A stretch of DNA of 64,000 bases from Eledone cirrhosa. Lineage: Eukaryota. This document shows positions 1 to 13,809 of this stretch, piece after piece. The position numbers and the translations under genes were made by a program. Within the stretch, counting starts at the first letter, position 1. Every line of letters starts with the position of its first letter. The notes beneath the pieces are model-generated. The model was given only the letters and a program-made list of their open reading frames with translations. It was not told the origin of the DNA and did no database searches. The DNA is taken from positions 124,682,001 through 124,746,000 of the forward strand of contig OZ024740.1 in NCBI GenBank assembly GCA_964016885.1, in the 5' to 3' direction.

Positions 1-235
1 CAGTTTAGCAGACGCTTATTATAGCGCTTGCTTTGTTCGTTTGTCAACAAACTGAACAGCCTGAATTTATGCCATACGGTGTTAAGGCAACCACGTCACC
101 TTTTTGTTCAACACTGACACAGGAACGATGTACTAGTTTCAAGCTTGTTAGCTATCATCAGCACCGTTTACCCATCTGCCAGATAGTTGAACGTTCGAAA
201 GTATATACTTTCCTTATGAAAATTAACGGCTGAGC
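1..235 (-). mobile_element. Family A HHR-bearing repeat (retrozyme-like), partial monomer cut by window edge
   Basis: Homologous to the arrays at 54712-55662, 60207-61534 and 62789-63935 and to the foldback at 25070-25555; contains an intact HHR; ends in a TG/TA microsatellite. Confidence 0.85.
125..167 (-). ncRNA. Type I hammerhead ribozyme (family A)
   Basis: Minus strand: ACGGTG-CTGATGA-T-AGCT-AACA-AGCT-T-GAAA-CTA-GTA-CATCGT. 6-bp stem I (extendable over 106-192), 4-bp stem II, palindromic ACTAGT stem III, GUA cleavage triplet. Confidence 0.9.
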
Positions 236-236
236 A

Positions 237-273
<37 letters not shown>

Positions 274-552
274 AGAAAAAAGCACATACACACAAATATA
301 CACACACACGCATACACATACACACACATATACATATGCATACACACATATATATATACATATACATATCTACACATACACATATACATGTGTACATACA
401 CACATATACACACACACACATGTATGTATGTCTCTCGGTATAAACTATACTATACATACATATACATACATATACACGCACATACATACACATAAACACA
501 TATACACATACACGCACTCGTTCGCACACATATATGTATCTATATATATATT
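236..552. repeat. Compound (TA)/(CA)/(CATA) microsatellite
   Basis: Direct reading; explains the overlapping low-complexity ORFs. Confidence 0.9.
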
Positions 553-631
553 GGGAAAAAGTAAACTGAGCCTGATAGAAGATTAAAATATTTATTATCA
601 CTACCAGGTTATTAATATTATCACCAAGTAA

Positions 632-686
<55 letters not shown>

Positions 687-687
687 T

Positions 688-1327
688 TAAGAAACACAGT
701 AAACCGTGTGTCTAAAATTACAAGGGTTGAAAAACCACATTTGTTTGAAATATTTAACCAAGAAGCAGATAGAATGATAAAATAAAAAATATTATTATAC
801 AAACCGCCTCAATAACCATTATATCTCTCGGACAGATTATCCCTAATCTGTTTCGCCCTGAGTGTGTTTGTAACATATAATCCTAGGCATCATCAGCGAG
901 AGAATCAGATTAAATGCAACAAACACTATTTGCCAACGTTCACACAGAAAGATGAATTTGTCACCTCGTGCTCCGCTAGTCAAACGTGGTAAGCGTGTAT
1001 TGAATAGAAATAACAGTCCAACACACGCAACTTAATAAGCTCAACTTGTGAGGGAGCAGAAATATATATGAAAATTAGAGTTAAAATTCAATTGGAACCC
1101 TGCAACTATTAAGCTCCAAGTATAAAAATTCTGAGCCGATTAATAATATATAGTAAGAAACACAGTAAACCGTGTGTCTAAAATTACAAGGGTTGAAAAA
1201 CCACATTTGTTTGAAATATTTAACCAAGAAACAGACAGAATGATAAAATAAAAATATATTATTATACAAACCGCCTCAATAACCATTATATCTCTCAGAC
1301 AGATTATCCCTAATCTGTTTCGCCCTC
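688..1327 (-). mobile_element. Family B HHR-bearing partial tandem repeat (~1.4 monomers, period ~467 nt)
   Basis: 688-859 is repeated at 1154-1326 with few differences; abuts (TA)n on the left and a SINE tail on the right; no coding homology seen. Confidence 0.8.
824..903 (-). ncRNA. Type I hammerhead ribozyme (family B)
   Basis: Minus strand: TCTCTCG-CTGATGA-T-GCCT...GGGC-GAAA-CAGATTA-GGGA-TAATCT-GTC-CGAGAGA. 7-bp stem I, long stem III with GGGA tetraloop, GUC triplet. A 3' half copy lies at 1291-1327. Confidence 0.9.
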
Positions 1328-1440
1328 ACTGTAAATGAGGTTGGTGTTAGGAAGGGAATCCAGCTGTAGAAATCAAGCCAGAATCAGTTCCCGTCCCACC
1401 CTTGCAAGCAGCGAAAAGCGGACGTATAATGATGATCATG
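1328..1440 (+). mobile_element. SINE/RTE 3' tail fragment
   Basis: GGTTGGTGTTAGGAAGGG..TCCAGCTGTAGAAA motif followed by GGACGT and a (GAT)n-like tail; matches 19634-19740. Confidence 0.75.
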
Positions 1441-1660
1441 ATATATATTTAGCTGTTGTTCAAACAATGATAAACATTGATTGCCAGCTAAATTAACAGT
1501 TTTATATAGTTTTTATATATAAAATATACAGAAGCAAAGACCAATCCAAACCAAACAGTGGGTGTGTTTTATTATTTTTGGCAATATTATTACAATATGA
1601 CCCTCCCCAAATATAACAATATTTGTTTCAACACACGATTTCATATAAAAATCCTTGCAA

Positions 1661-1715
<55 letters not shown>

Positions 1716-4534
1716 ACATATATATAATCATCATCATTCTTATACCTGCTTTTCGTTTCTTGCAGTGGTCAGAGGAGTTTCCCTCAATTTACCACCTTGA
1801 CACATGAGTTTTATTGTTATTTTCAGTTTGAAAATTACAAATGTCAATGCAAACTTTAGAATTCAATTATCTTCTCATACAATGTTGTAATCAAAGAATT
1901 ATTAGATTAAATATCTTTTACTATACACACCATCAGTTTGCAAATACATATGTATGTAAATATATCTATGTATATAGATATGTGTATCTATAGACAAATA
2001 CATGTATCAAAAAGTGCACTCACAAACACATGTGCATGAAAACACAAACAAACTCACACACTCAGATGCAGGAAGATTTGGTGGCAATGATGTCAGGGGA
2101 AGATTCCTGCAGTTTGATAACAAAAGTATTAAGTGAGCTTTGGTAACTATTTCTATCAAACTGGCTTGTCATGTACCTAATATAATGTGATTCTAATTTA
2201 TTCAGTTATAACTCTTTAGTATATATATTTTTCTTGTGTTGAGTCAAAAGAAATCAATAGGTAGTGAAATACAGCTTAGAAATAGACAAGAGAGTAAAAT
2301 TACTTGACCAGAGGCCTTAGTATATCTAGTTTGATATGTCATTGTTCTACGTTCAAAACTTATCAGGGTTGATTTAGCTTTCCATCCTGTGTTGATAAAA
2401 CCTTTCCAATTAATCAACTAATGTAGCAGAGTTCATTGAATTATTTATACACTTTATCTATATTATGCTAATATTTCACATGGTGTCTGTATAAAATCAA
2501 TATATGAGTTACTTTAATGCTAAACAATTACTTGCTAATTTCATATAGATTAACAACATGAATTCAAATATGAATACTAACTTAATTAGTTATATGAGTT
2601 GGTTGAGTAGGTTGTGTGCTAGGCTACTGATGCAAAAAGGTTAATTGGTATAAACTGCTACAATTAGCATGATATTCTTCTTTTAAATAACCATGAAAAT
2701 ATCAAGCATTGACAGGTTGTTCTTGGTCCTCAGACTGCAATTTTCCTCAATAAATTGAGATGAAGGCATCATTCCTTTCAGTTGGTATTTGAGAATGCTC
2801 ATGATCCCTTGTTTAAACCAATTACTTCTTACACAATGTAAAATTGCTGAAAAAGTGTTGTACTATCTGCCGACTGTAACTCCTGCCAAAAGAATCATTG
2901 CATTTCCAGTGACATGAGGCAGGATATGGACTCAGAATGCACAGAGCTAGAACAAATATCACAAAATCTCCTGTCTAACTCTTTATTGATTCTGATAATC
3001 CATTGCCACTGGATTGGTACTTTATTTATCGATCTTGAATGGATTAAAGGCAACGTTTACCTCAGCAGGATTTGAACTCAGAAAGGAGAGGGTCAGAACA
3101 ATTAAAGAGGCAGTTAATCTGGTGCACTAACAACTCCCCCAATTCATCAGCTGTATACGTTAGCCATCATAATCATTGTTAGAAACTACTTCTACCATCA
3201 TAATCACATATGCTAGAATTTTAAATTTAGTCCTCATAGTATATGGTGCTAGCATACATCTGTCAAAGTGTATAGCTGTCATCATAATGAATATAAGTTA
3301 GAAAGACGATTCCTTCATCATAATCATATATGTTGGAAACAAATACATTAGCGGAAATTGTATATGTTTGAAAGGTACATCTGTCGTAATATATGTTAGA
3401 AAGATAATTTAGTTATCATGGTCACCACTACATTTATATTAACCCTTTCATTAGCATATGTCTACTGAAATTTGCTGCCCTTGATTTGAAAATCATGATA
3501 AAAAATAATTAAGTATATGGAAGGATTTAGTAATGTAATTAACTTTCACAGTATTAAGCTATTGTTTGGCAACATGCCATTCTTGAAAAAGACCATCAAA
3601 CTTTACCAGCACTGCGACACTAAATTAAATGTAATGAGGAATCAGAAATCAAATGGAGCGATCCAGTTTAGCCTGCATGGGACAAAGCAACCTCTTTAGT
3701 ATTTGCTACATGATGGAATACACTCAGTACGCCTCCTAAATGTGTGAACCAACAAACAGATACAAAGTCGAGTAGAAGAGACCCTTAAATCATGTGAAGT
3801 ACTTGCCATCCTTTTTAATGTAGGTACCATAACATGCACCTAATTCACTCTACAAAGGGGTTTGTAATTAAGTTGAGACATTGTAGAGTAGAGAGGACTG
3901 TGCAGTCTTACCAAGTACATGACAACTTCTCTAGTACTAGGGATATGATAAAGTAATCCCAGTATACTCTGTAAAGAACTAGTGATGGTGTCAAGATAAA
4001 AGAAACCCAGTTTTACTCTGTAAAGTAGTAGGGCTGGTTTCATGATAAAATGCATCTAGTACACTGTGTAAAGTGGTTGTCATTAGAAAGAACATCTAGC
4101 CATAGAAATAATGCCCAAATGAGCAACATATGAGCATCATGGGATCTCTCTAATCCCTCTGGTCTTGGACTATGTCAACCCAGTCTAACAATGCCAGGAT
4201 GGAAATCAGATATTAAATGATAATGATAATGATATTTGGAACATAACTTAACAAAGGTTTTTACAAAGAAATTATGACACATTAAAATAAATAAATTCAT
4301 GCCATAAAACAAGGAACAGTTTCAAGCAGTTCGATATTAAATGGGTTGACATTATTTTCCTTAAGTGTAAATGATTTCTGTTATATGTAAATAAACTTCT
4401 TGACAATGGGGTCATGTAGGGATCATATGGGTGGGCTGGTATATATGGTGAAAGGTTGTAGAAGCAAGTCAAAAGGGGGAGGGAAATAAGGCAGGAAGTG
4501 AAAGAAAGGAATTTTTAATTGTATCTATATCCAA

Positions 4535-4868
4535 TACAGAGTACCCGACCTCCTATGGGTACATGCTGAAGCATATAAACAATATGCCCCCACACCCCCC
4601 ACCGCAAGGTGGTCGTGGAGGGGCCACGGCAAAAAAGCACCCAGCCCACACTGTAAAGTGGACGTGTAGGCGCCACGAAAAAGCACCCAGCACTCACTGT
4701 AAATGAGGTTGGTGTTAGGAAGGGCATCCAGCTGTAGAAATCAAGCCAGATCAGTTCCTGTATGAGCAAGGCATGGTCAGCCGACCAGACACTGCACACA
4801 ACAGGACAACCCGTCTAACCCATGCTAGCGTGGAAGAACGGACGTAAAACGGTGATGATGATGATGAT
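4535..4868 (+). mobile_element. RTE LINE 3'UTR fragment
   Basis: Close inverted match to 59661-59955, which continues into RTE coding remnants; (GAT)n tail. Confidence 0.7.
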
Positions 4869-5296
4869 CCAGTGAAACATATAATTATAAATGCAAATAT
4901 AGACAACTGTGCTTTTAAGAAAACTACCTACACACAAATGCAAACATACAACTGCTTATATAAACTTATACATACCCACCAACTGACATATACACATATA
5001 CATACACACTCACACATAATACCTATTTTTCCATTATGAGTGTTCATATGTCCTAATATTAGATTATTTTCTGTAGTCAATATGCAGGGGAAGCTTCCAA
5101 TTCCATTTTCAATATATATATATATAAAACCCTTGCTAGTTAAAACAACAATGAGGATGATGATGATATATATATATATATATGTGCGTGTGTGTGTGTG
5201 TAGTGTGAAGAAAAGACAAATTTATAGCTGATACAGAATCAGACTTTCGAGACCTTAGGTAGGAAGAAACAATGTTGAGTAACATTAACAATAAAC

Positions 5297-5905
5297 ATCA
5301 TCATCATCATCATTTTTCCATCTGTTTTTCCATGCTTGCAGTATGTTGGATAGGTCTTTATCAGCAAAGCATATCCCCACATGTCTCGATCATTCGTCAG
5401 CTCCACTGTGAGGTTCAACAATTTGAGATCAGTTCTCACCACACCTGCTCAGGCCTTTCTTGGTATTTCTTATCTGCAGCTTTCTTCAACTGGGATTTCA
5501 TGGCACTTCTTTACTCAGTGATAAACATTGATGCACATTACATGTGCTTACCAATACAGTTTTAGCTCTTGCACACTACTTCTGATTCATCTTATACCCA
5601 GTTTTTCTCTCAGTTCATTAAAGCTCTGTTGTTATCTTTACATTAACATTGCACATCCATCGAAGAATGCTTGCTTCATTTCTTAAAAATCTGTGTAAAT
5701 CCCCTTCAGTCATTGTTCAAGTTTCAGAGACATGCAGCATAATAGTCCACACACAGGTGACATACAGCCAGCCTTTCATTCAGAAGAAAAAACTTTTTGT
5801 TGTCAACAGAGGTAGTAGTTCCTTAAACTTCTTCCATCCTGTCTTTATTCTTGCTACCATGTTCTTGGAGAACTCCACTCAACTGCTAATTAAATCAAAT
5901 AGATA
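5297..5905 (-). mobile_element. Degenerate RTE LINE 3' fragment
   Basis: Minus-strand remnants (GWKKFKELLPLLT; RNEASILRWMCNV) and (GAT)n tail. Confidence 0.75.
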
Positions 5906-6120
5906 GCAGAATAATAATGGTTTCTGATGAAGGCACAAGGCTAACACTTTTAGGGGAGGGGGAAATTAATTGAATTGGCCCCTCTGCATTAGTGGTACTT
6001 TATTTTATTGACCTAAAGCTAACTTCACGGGGATTTGAAATCAGAAATTTCTAGGATGTGTTCACTATGCTGCAAATCCTTTTGTCCAACATGCTACCAA
6101 AATTGCCAATCCATCAGAGA

Positions 6121-6121
<1 letters not shown>

Positions 6122-6180
<59 letters not shown>
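6122..6180. repeat. (AAT)n microsatellite at the 3' end of Tx1 element 1
   Basis: Direct reading. Confidence 0.9.
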
Positions 6181-6421
6181 CTTTCTTTATTAACCACAAG
6201 GGTTTACATAAAGTAGACATTAAGGACATTACAGGACAATACAGGACGGTACAAATGGGCATTTCTGCGTGTAAAAAACAGAGGATGTAATAAAATAACA
6301 AAGAAAAATTCCCCAATAGGGGGGAGACTTCCGAGGGACATTTGTGGAGAAAGCCCATTAAAAGACCACAGTGACCCTGACCACCAGGGCAAGTGCCCTC
6401 TCCCAGTTTTCCACCTTTAAT

Positions 6422-9400
6422 TTACAGACACATACTCAGAGAAGGCCCATTCATTCGGGCCATACTTGCTTCTCTCACTCATCTTTCAACAAAATGCTGG
6501 GAAGAGAGCACTTCCCTCTCTACCCTGATTTTCCTTTTCAAATGAAATTTGAAAAAGTTAATCAGGGCATCACCGAAGAAGTAAGTGCTCGTCTTCAGCC
6601 CTTTCAAACGTGTCCACCATACTATCGCTTTCGCCATGGCCACCAGACAGATAAAAACTGCCTGCCCTTCCCGGTTAAAGGAAGAGGGCGGGGAAATCCT
6701 CACGATGGACTCAGCTGATAGCTGGATCCGTCCTACACGTGACAGCAGGTGTTCGACATAAACCCACAAGTCAGAAATGCTCGGACACTGGATGAGTGCG
6801 TGCAGGACGTTTTCGTCGCCCTGTGCGCATCTCGGACATGCCCGGCTTACGGCACCTCCATGCCTGTAAAGTTTATCCCCAACTGGCAAAGCTCCCCTGT
6901 AGCACTGCCAGGCCAGGGATTTCTGGAAGTTGTCCATAGGCCCCGGCCCAAAAGTCCTTCCAAAGAGATTGGCTAGTTGATTTTCGTCGACGCCCAAAGT
7001 TTCTCCAAGTACGTCGTCGCTCTTCCCCTCCACTAATCCCCTATAGAACGCCGAGGTGGAGTTTCCACCGATCACATTGCCCGATTGGTCGAGGGCTGTG
7101 AGCGCCTGAAGACATTCCAGTTTCCAAGCGCTCCCTCTCGGTCTTCGCTTCACCTAGGACTGCAGCTCCGTCAAGGAGACGATCTGGGGAAAAACGTGTC
7201 TAGCAAACGGCGACCACACCTGATCACCGTCGAGGAAGAGGTGGAGATGTCGTAGCCTGAGCGCGTGTCTGCGCATCATCAGCCACGGCATGCCCAGCCC
7301 TCCATGTAGCAGGTGTTGACAGCAGATGGACCGCCTGACCATCGGAGCGCGTCCCTTCCACAAAAAGCGAAAGAGCAAACGCTCAAGCGCAGTCAGGCGG
7401 GGCTTAGGACAAGCTACGACGGTCAGGCGATAGTAGATGACGTACGCGATGTACGCGTTAGCTACCTCCGCTCGACCTTTCAGGGATAGCTTCCGCTCGG
7501 CCCATTTCTGGGTGAGAGAAGCCACCCTGCTCGTCACCTCGTCCCAGTTTTTGTCCGTCTGGAGGTCTGGACCGAACCAGACCCCTAGCAATTTAACCGG
7601 TCCGTCCGTCTAGCGCCCGACGACGCTGTTGGACGGCATGGACCTGCCTCTCCAGGTGCCGAGCTGCAGGCCCACTGACTTTTCCTGGTTGATCATTGCT
7701 CCTGTCACCGCTTCGTATTCTCTTAGTGTAGTGCCGATCGCCTCGATGTGTTTGGCGTTCGACACCACTACGGTGACATCGTCCGCATATGCTGACACGG
7801 ATCTTCCGCATCCTAGTTCGCGCGGGACTCCCTCTCAACGTCTCCAGTTTGTGCAGTAATGGCTCGAGAGTCAATACGTACAATAGGGACGACAGGGGAC
7901 ATCCTTGGCGGACCGAGCGCATGATGTTGAACGGTTCCGAAAGGTGACCGTTCACTCTCACTACAGAGCAGATGTCGCTGTGCATGGCAGCGATCCAGCC
8001 TCTGAAGACGGGCCCAAAGCCAGCCGCCCTCAGGACTGCCGCTAGGTAACGATGGTCGACCCTTTCGAAGGCTTTCGACTGATCTAAGTTGATCAAAGAC
8101 CCACCCGTGCCAGGTTCCCTAGCTACCCTCTCTACGATGTATCGCATGAGGTGGAGGTTGTCGTGGATGGATCTGTCGGGAATGGCGCATGTCTGTACCT
8201 CCCCCACTAGACCACCAACGACAAGCGCCAACCTCTTTGCTCGCACCTTTGCCAAAATCTTGAACTCTGTGTTTAGCAGAGTTATGGGCCTAAAATTATC
8301 TATGTTATCCCCCTTGTTCGGATCCTTTCTCAGCAGCGCCACCGCTCCTTGGCTCACATAGCTGGGAATTCTCCCGTTCTGTTGCCAGTTGCAGTAGACG
8401 TCCGCCAAGAGGCCTCCGAACAAGTCTGGCATTTGTACGTAAATTTTATAGGGCAGACCATCCAAACCAAGCGATTTACCCCTTGTGCAGCCAGTCATTG
8501 CCTCCCGTACTTCAGTGGTTGTTATCGGCTTTTCGCAACACTCCGCCTCAGTGGTCGAAAGCCGCGGCAGTCCGTCGAGGTAGACACTAAAGTCCATCCC
8601 TCGATCCGGTCCGCCACTGCCCCCGAACAGTTGAGCGAAGTGTCGCTGAAAAGCTTCACACATTTGCCCGGGATCGAGTAGCATGCGCCCGTCGTGGTCC
8701 ACCAAAGACCGGATCGTGGCTTTGTTGCCACCACGCGCCTCCGCCACTCGGGCCCATTGAACGGCTTTCGTCCCCTCGTGTCTGAGAGCACGCACCCTAG
8801 CTCTGACAACGCAGCCTTCGTGCTTTGCATTGAAGAATTGGTCAAGGGCCAATTTCGCCGTAAGTACGTCGATCGCGATGCCTTTGCTAAGCGCCTCGTC
8901 TAATTTTCTAACTAATTCTCCCTCTGCTCTATTTTTCTTTCTTGCTAAAGCCTTACTAAACCTAGTGGACTCTATTCTAATTGCTCTTTTCAGAGCAAAC
9001 CACCACTTGTTGTTGACGATGGCCCCCGTCAACGCCCGCTTCACTAGTTCGCTAATTCGGTCTCTGTAGGCCTTGCGCGCTGGTAAGGACACGTTTAGCT
9101 TCCAGTAGCCGGTCCTCGTCTATGAAGCCTATCTAAATCAAGCACACAGATCACGAATTTGTGGTCCGTGTAGCTGACTATCTTGAATTGTGGACAGCCT
9201 ATGCTAAACCTATCTATTTCCCTACAAAATACTCTATCTAGATATGATCTGGATGACCCCTATGCGATTTTTCCAAGTCCACATTGGCACATTCGGGAAA
9301 TCCAATCGGTATCTGTCAGACAGTTCAAAACGCCTGAGCAGGTTGGTGAGGCTTTTGCACCCTCCTCCCCTATCCGCTGATCCCACACAGTCCCAGTGTG

Positions 9401-9838
9401 CATCTAAGATCCCGTTCCAGTCGCCCACTAACACTAAAGAGCGGGACGTTCCAAGAAAGGTCTCCAGACGTCGGAATAAATCAGGCCGCCCTGCTCCTGT
9501 TGGGGCATAGACGGCCACTAGCCTGAAAGCTTGCCCGTCTCCGCTGGTCACGTCTAGCACCACCAACTAACCTTCTAGGTCTAGGAAGATGGCCCGTATG
9601 GCGAGATCCAAACCTCTCCGAAAAAGCACAGCAACTCCTCCCCCCGATCCCGGCTGGGAGATGCGTACACATCGTAGCCGCCGAAGATCGGTGCGAAGGC
9701 CCGTGCTTCGGACATTCTGGTCTCGCTGATGGCCACTACATCTATGTTTAGTGACCTGAGGTCGTTGAGCAGGTGGCTCTGCTTCCATGATGACCCCAAG
9801 CCACGCGCATTTACGCTGCCTATTCTGAGTGAGGTCAT
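6422..9838 (-). pseudogene. Tx1 ORF2 (APE endonuclease + RT + zf-RVT) with stops and frameshifts
   Basis: SVNARGL, ISETR, GDWN, FRPITLLNTEFKILAK, DQSKAF, RQGCPLS, AYADD and CPRC..HALIQC spread over several ORF-track pieces. Confidence 0.92.
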
Positions 9839-9881
9839 GTTGAAATGGAGTGGAAAAGATGGGAAAGACCGCTTACCTTAC

Positions 9882-11047
9882 TTATCGTTGAGGAAGGATG
9901 GTTTCTCCATTCTTTTCAATGCTTGTGGCCTCCTCCGGAAGGATGTCCTTATAAATCCTCCTGGCGAGTGTTTGTCGGAAGTCTCCGATGTCTTTGGGGA
10001 ATTTTTGTTTTAGTGTCGTGTACGTTTTCTGTGTGATGCGAGTGATTTGTATGCGTGGAGGTGGTGTGAACTTTTGGGTTGTTGTGTAGTCTTTTTCTGT
10101 GATGCTGGTGTTGTGTTGGATGTAGTGTAATACTTGGTTGTTGTTCAAATTTAATGCTGTGTAGTGTGTATCGTTTTGGTTATTTTGTTTTGTTTGCGTT
10201 TGTTGTGGGTTTGTTTCTGTTTCGCATTTTGGTGACTTTTGTGGTGTTGGTGATGGTGGTGTTGGGGTTAATGATGGTGATGGTGTTGGTGTTTGTGGTG
10301 ATGGGGTTGGTGATGCTGGTGTGGATGGTGGCATATCTGTCCTAACTTTTTTGTTTGATAGTTTATTTGTTTCCCTCTGTATTTTGTTTTTTGGAGGGGG
10401 AGGGAAGAGAATTTTTTTCTTTTTTGGTTTCTTTTTTCTTTTTTTCTGATACCGTTTCCTACTCCTCGTCGTCACAATCTGTCACCAGTTGCGATAAGCC
10501 GGGGAGTGGAAAATGCTCCACAGGCGTTAGTTTTGGTTGTGGCGTGGTGGATGATGTAGGCGAGGTTGACCCTGTACCCATCTTTCTTTACCATTTTTTT
10601 TGGCTTCTTCTAATTCCTCCTGAGTTACCTGAAATGCTTCGCACTGTTTGGCTACTCTGGCAAAACTCAGGGTGGTTTTCTTAATTTCATTGTTGCTGTT
10701 GTTCTTATCGTTATTTTTGTTATTATTAATTTTAGTTTCAGTTGTGGTGGTGGTGGCGTCAGTGGTGTTCGGTGTGGAAGAGTTCATTTTGGTTGAATTC
10801 ATTTCGATATCACGAGTTCATTTATTTTTTTCTTTTGTTTCTGTTGTCGCTGTGGTGGTGGTGGGGTGGCGGCTTTAACACCTGCAGTCATTGGTAATGG
10901 CGGGAAATGAATGTCTGCCTGAGACAAATTTAAAATATTGCTACTGCTTATATTTATAGTGTTGGCAAACGTAATAATATTTACAATGGTGGTGTCTGTG
11001 TGAGGTGTTATTTTGTGAGGAAGGCTATCAGCTACTGAGTCGGCCAT
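9882..11047 (-). pseudogene. Tx1 ORF1 remnant, central region apparently deleted
   Basis: SFARVAK and YTTLKQKFPKDIG align by eye with element 3 ORF1 (SFAQTTK, YQKLKKDVK*DVG); no zinc knuckle seen. Confidence 0.65.
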
Positions 11048-11266
11048 GATTTTTCAAAGAAAATTTTATTTTGTTTGATAATAATAAAAAAGTTTAAATT
11101 TTGGGCTCAAGGCCCCAATCTTTTTGAGTGTCATTTTCAGAAATCAATGTATGTGCACTTATATACAGTTGACAATAAAATTTTTCCATAAATGGCAATT
11201 TTAAACAACTGAAAATAACAAACCTTTGCGGAGCTCACGATGATACGATTTACTACGTAGGTTGCT

Positions 11267-11267
<1 letters not shown>

Positions 11268-11327
<60 letters not shown>
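11268..11327. repeat. (AAT)n microsatellite between Tx1 elements 1 and 2
   Basis: Direct reading. Confidence 0.9.
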
Positions 11328-11328
<1 letters not shown>

Positions 11329-13250
11329 TTTCTTTATTGGCCACAAGGGCTAACACGAAGAAAAACATTACAGATGGCACAGAACGGTACAGGACGATGC
11401 AAAGTGGGTTTGGGCCATGTAAACAGGTTATAACAAGATAGAAATAAATATTCAAACAACAAAAATTCCCCAAATAGGGGGAAACCTGCGAGGGTCACTC
11501 GTGGTGAAAAGAACACAAAAGACCACGGCCACCCATACCACCAGGGCAAGCGCCCTCTCTCAGTTTTCCCACTCCTCAGTCTACAGGCGCATACTCAGAG
11601 TGTGCCCGTTCACTCGGACCAGAAGCGCCACTTTCACCCACCTTTCAACAAACTTACTAGAAGACAGCACTTGCCTCTCCACCCTGATTTTACACTTCAA
11701 GTGAAACTTGAAAAAGTTAATCAGGGATTGGCCGGAGAGGAAAATGTCCATCTTCAACCATTTCAGCCTTGCCCATCACAATCCCTTTCGCCATGGCCAC
11801 CAGGCAGATGAAAACTGCCAGCCCATCCTCCCCTTTAAAGGAAAATGGTGGGGCTATCTGTACAATGGACTCAGTTGATAACCGGATCGGTCCTACACGC
11901 GACAGCAACTGATCAACATAGCTCCACAAGTCAGCAATCCTCAGGCACTGAACGAGTGCGTGCAGGACGGTTTCGACACCTTGCACGCATTTCAGACAGG
12001 CTCAGCTGACAGAACCTCTGTGCCTGTAGAGCTTATCCTGAACCGGCAACACTCCCTGATAACACAGCATGACCAGGGATTTCTGGAAGTTGTCCATGGG
12101 CCCCGGTCTGAAAGTTCTCTTGAAGAGAGCGAACAGCTGATCGTCTTCGATGCTCAGGGTCTCCCTGAGAACGTTGTCGATGCCCAGGGTCTCCCTGAGA
12201 ACGTTCCCCTCCATTAGCCCTCTATGGAACGCCGAGGTGGATGTTCCACTGATACTACTGCCCAGCTGGTTCTGCCACTGCCCCCAAACAATTGATCACA
12301 GTGCTGTTGAAAAGTCGCACACATCTGCTCGGGTTCGAGCAGCGTGCACCCATTTTGATCAGGCAAAGACTGAATTGTGGCCTTGTTGCCACGTCGCACC
12401 TCCATCATACAGGCCCATTGAACGGCTTTCGTCTCCTCGTGTCTTAGAGCACACGCTCTAGCTCTGACAACGCAGCCTTCATGCTTTGCATTGAAGAACT
12501 GGTCGAGTTCCAATCTCGCCGCAAGTACGTCGGTTGCGATGCCTGTCCTAAACGCCTCTTCTAGCTTTCTAACTCTCCCTCTACTCTATTCTCCTCTATC
12601 ACTACTTCTTTACTAAACCTTATCGATTCTTCTCTAATAGCCCTTTTCAGGGTAAACCACCACCTGTTGTTGACCATCGCACTCGTCAACGCACGCTTAA
12701 CTAATTTGCTAATCCCGTCCCTGTAAGCTTTGCGTAGCGGGAACAACGCGCTCAGCTTCCTGTAACCGGGCCCTTGCCTATGGTGTCTATGTAAGTCAAC
12801 TTCACAGCTTACAAATGTGTGGTCCATGTAGTCGACTACTTTAAATTGTAGAGAACCTATACTAGCCTTATCTGTTTCCATACAGAATACCCTATCTAAA
12901 TACGATCTGGATGACCCGATCCAGTTTGCCCATGTCCACATTGACACATTCGGATAATCCAGTCTATACCTGTCAGACTATTCAAAACGTCTGAGCAGGT
13001 TGTTGAGGCTTTTACACCCTCCTGCCCTGTCTGCTAGTCCTACATAATCCCAGCGTGCATCTAAGATACTGTTCCAGTCGCCCACTAACACTAAAGAGCG
13101 GGACGTTTCAAGAAAGGTCTCCAGACCGTCCTGGTCATCCTGCCCCTGATGGGGCGTAGACAGCTACTAGACTGAAAGCATTACCTTTGAACCACTGACT
13201 TACCTCTGGGTCCAGGAAGATGGCACGTATGGTGAGATCCAAGCCTCTCT
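11328..13250 (-). mobile_element. L1/Tx1 element 2: 5'-truncated, RT internally deleted
   Basis: Homologous to element 1 from mid-APE to QLFGGSG, then jumps (~12270) to the C-terminal region and 3'UTR; 30-bp tandem duplication at ~12147-12206. Confidence 0.85.
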
Positions 13251-13809
13251 CTCTCTCTACCACAACAGTATTGACAAGATAGTCCGCAGTAATTTACCTA
13301 TCTATCTATCTATCTTTGAGCAAGAACATAATCTAGCTGCGGTCTGTTCTACAGCGTAGATGTAATTCACTTCGCGCAGAAGTTTTGTTCAAATTTATTG
13401 CGGAAATTTTGTAAGTTCAATTTTAATTTTGATACTATTGTGTAGCTTGATCCCCCGTCTGAACTGTCAGGCGGTGGGTCAGCTCATCTTTACCCCTCCT
13501 AGGGGTGAAAAACCTGTTTTTAAAAATTTTGTGGCATAAAAAATTTCAATCGTCTGACAGAAATGTTAAATGAAGCTAACGAAAATAGTGGTGGGGGGGG
13601 ACAGCGGTAAGAGTTGTAAGCTCGCACGCTTTAGTCCCCCCTTCCTTCCCAACTAACGTCATAGAGAAGAGAAGGAAAGGAAAAATAAAAGAAAAACAGA
13701 CGAATCTGCGGAGAAATATGACGAAAACACAAATCTGGACATTGATTCCAACAACGAAAAAAAAAAATTTGAAAAATTGCATGACAATATTAATACCACA
13801 AACAAAGAC

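Larger units (their letters stand above)
6183..11267 (-). mobile_element. L1/Tx1-clade non-LTR retrotransposon, element 1 (near full-length, decayed)
   Basis: ORF1 remnant plus ORF2 with APE, RT and C-terminal Cys-rich domain; AATAAA near the 3' end; (ATT)n on both sides. 5' boundary approximate. Confidence 0.9.

Noticed and set aside
158-601. Many ORFs rich in YI/CV/HT/LLL/TTT here and throughout the window
   Set aside because: They are translations of microsatellites, not genes.
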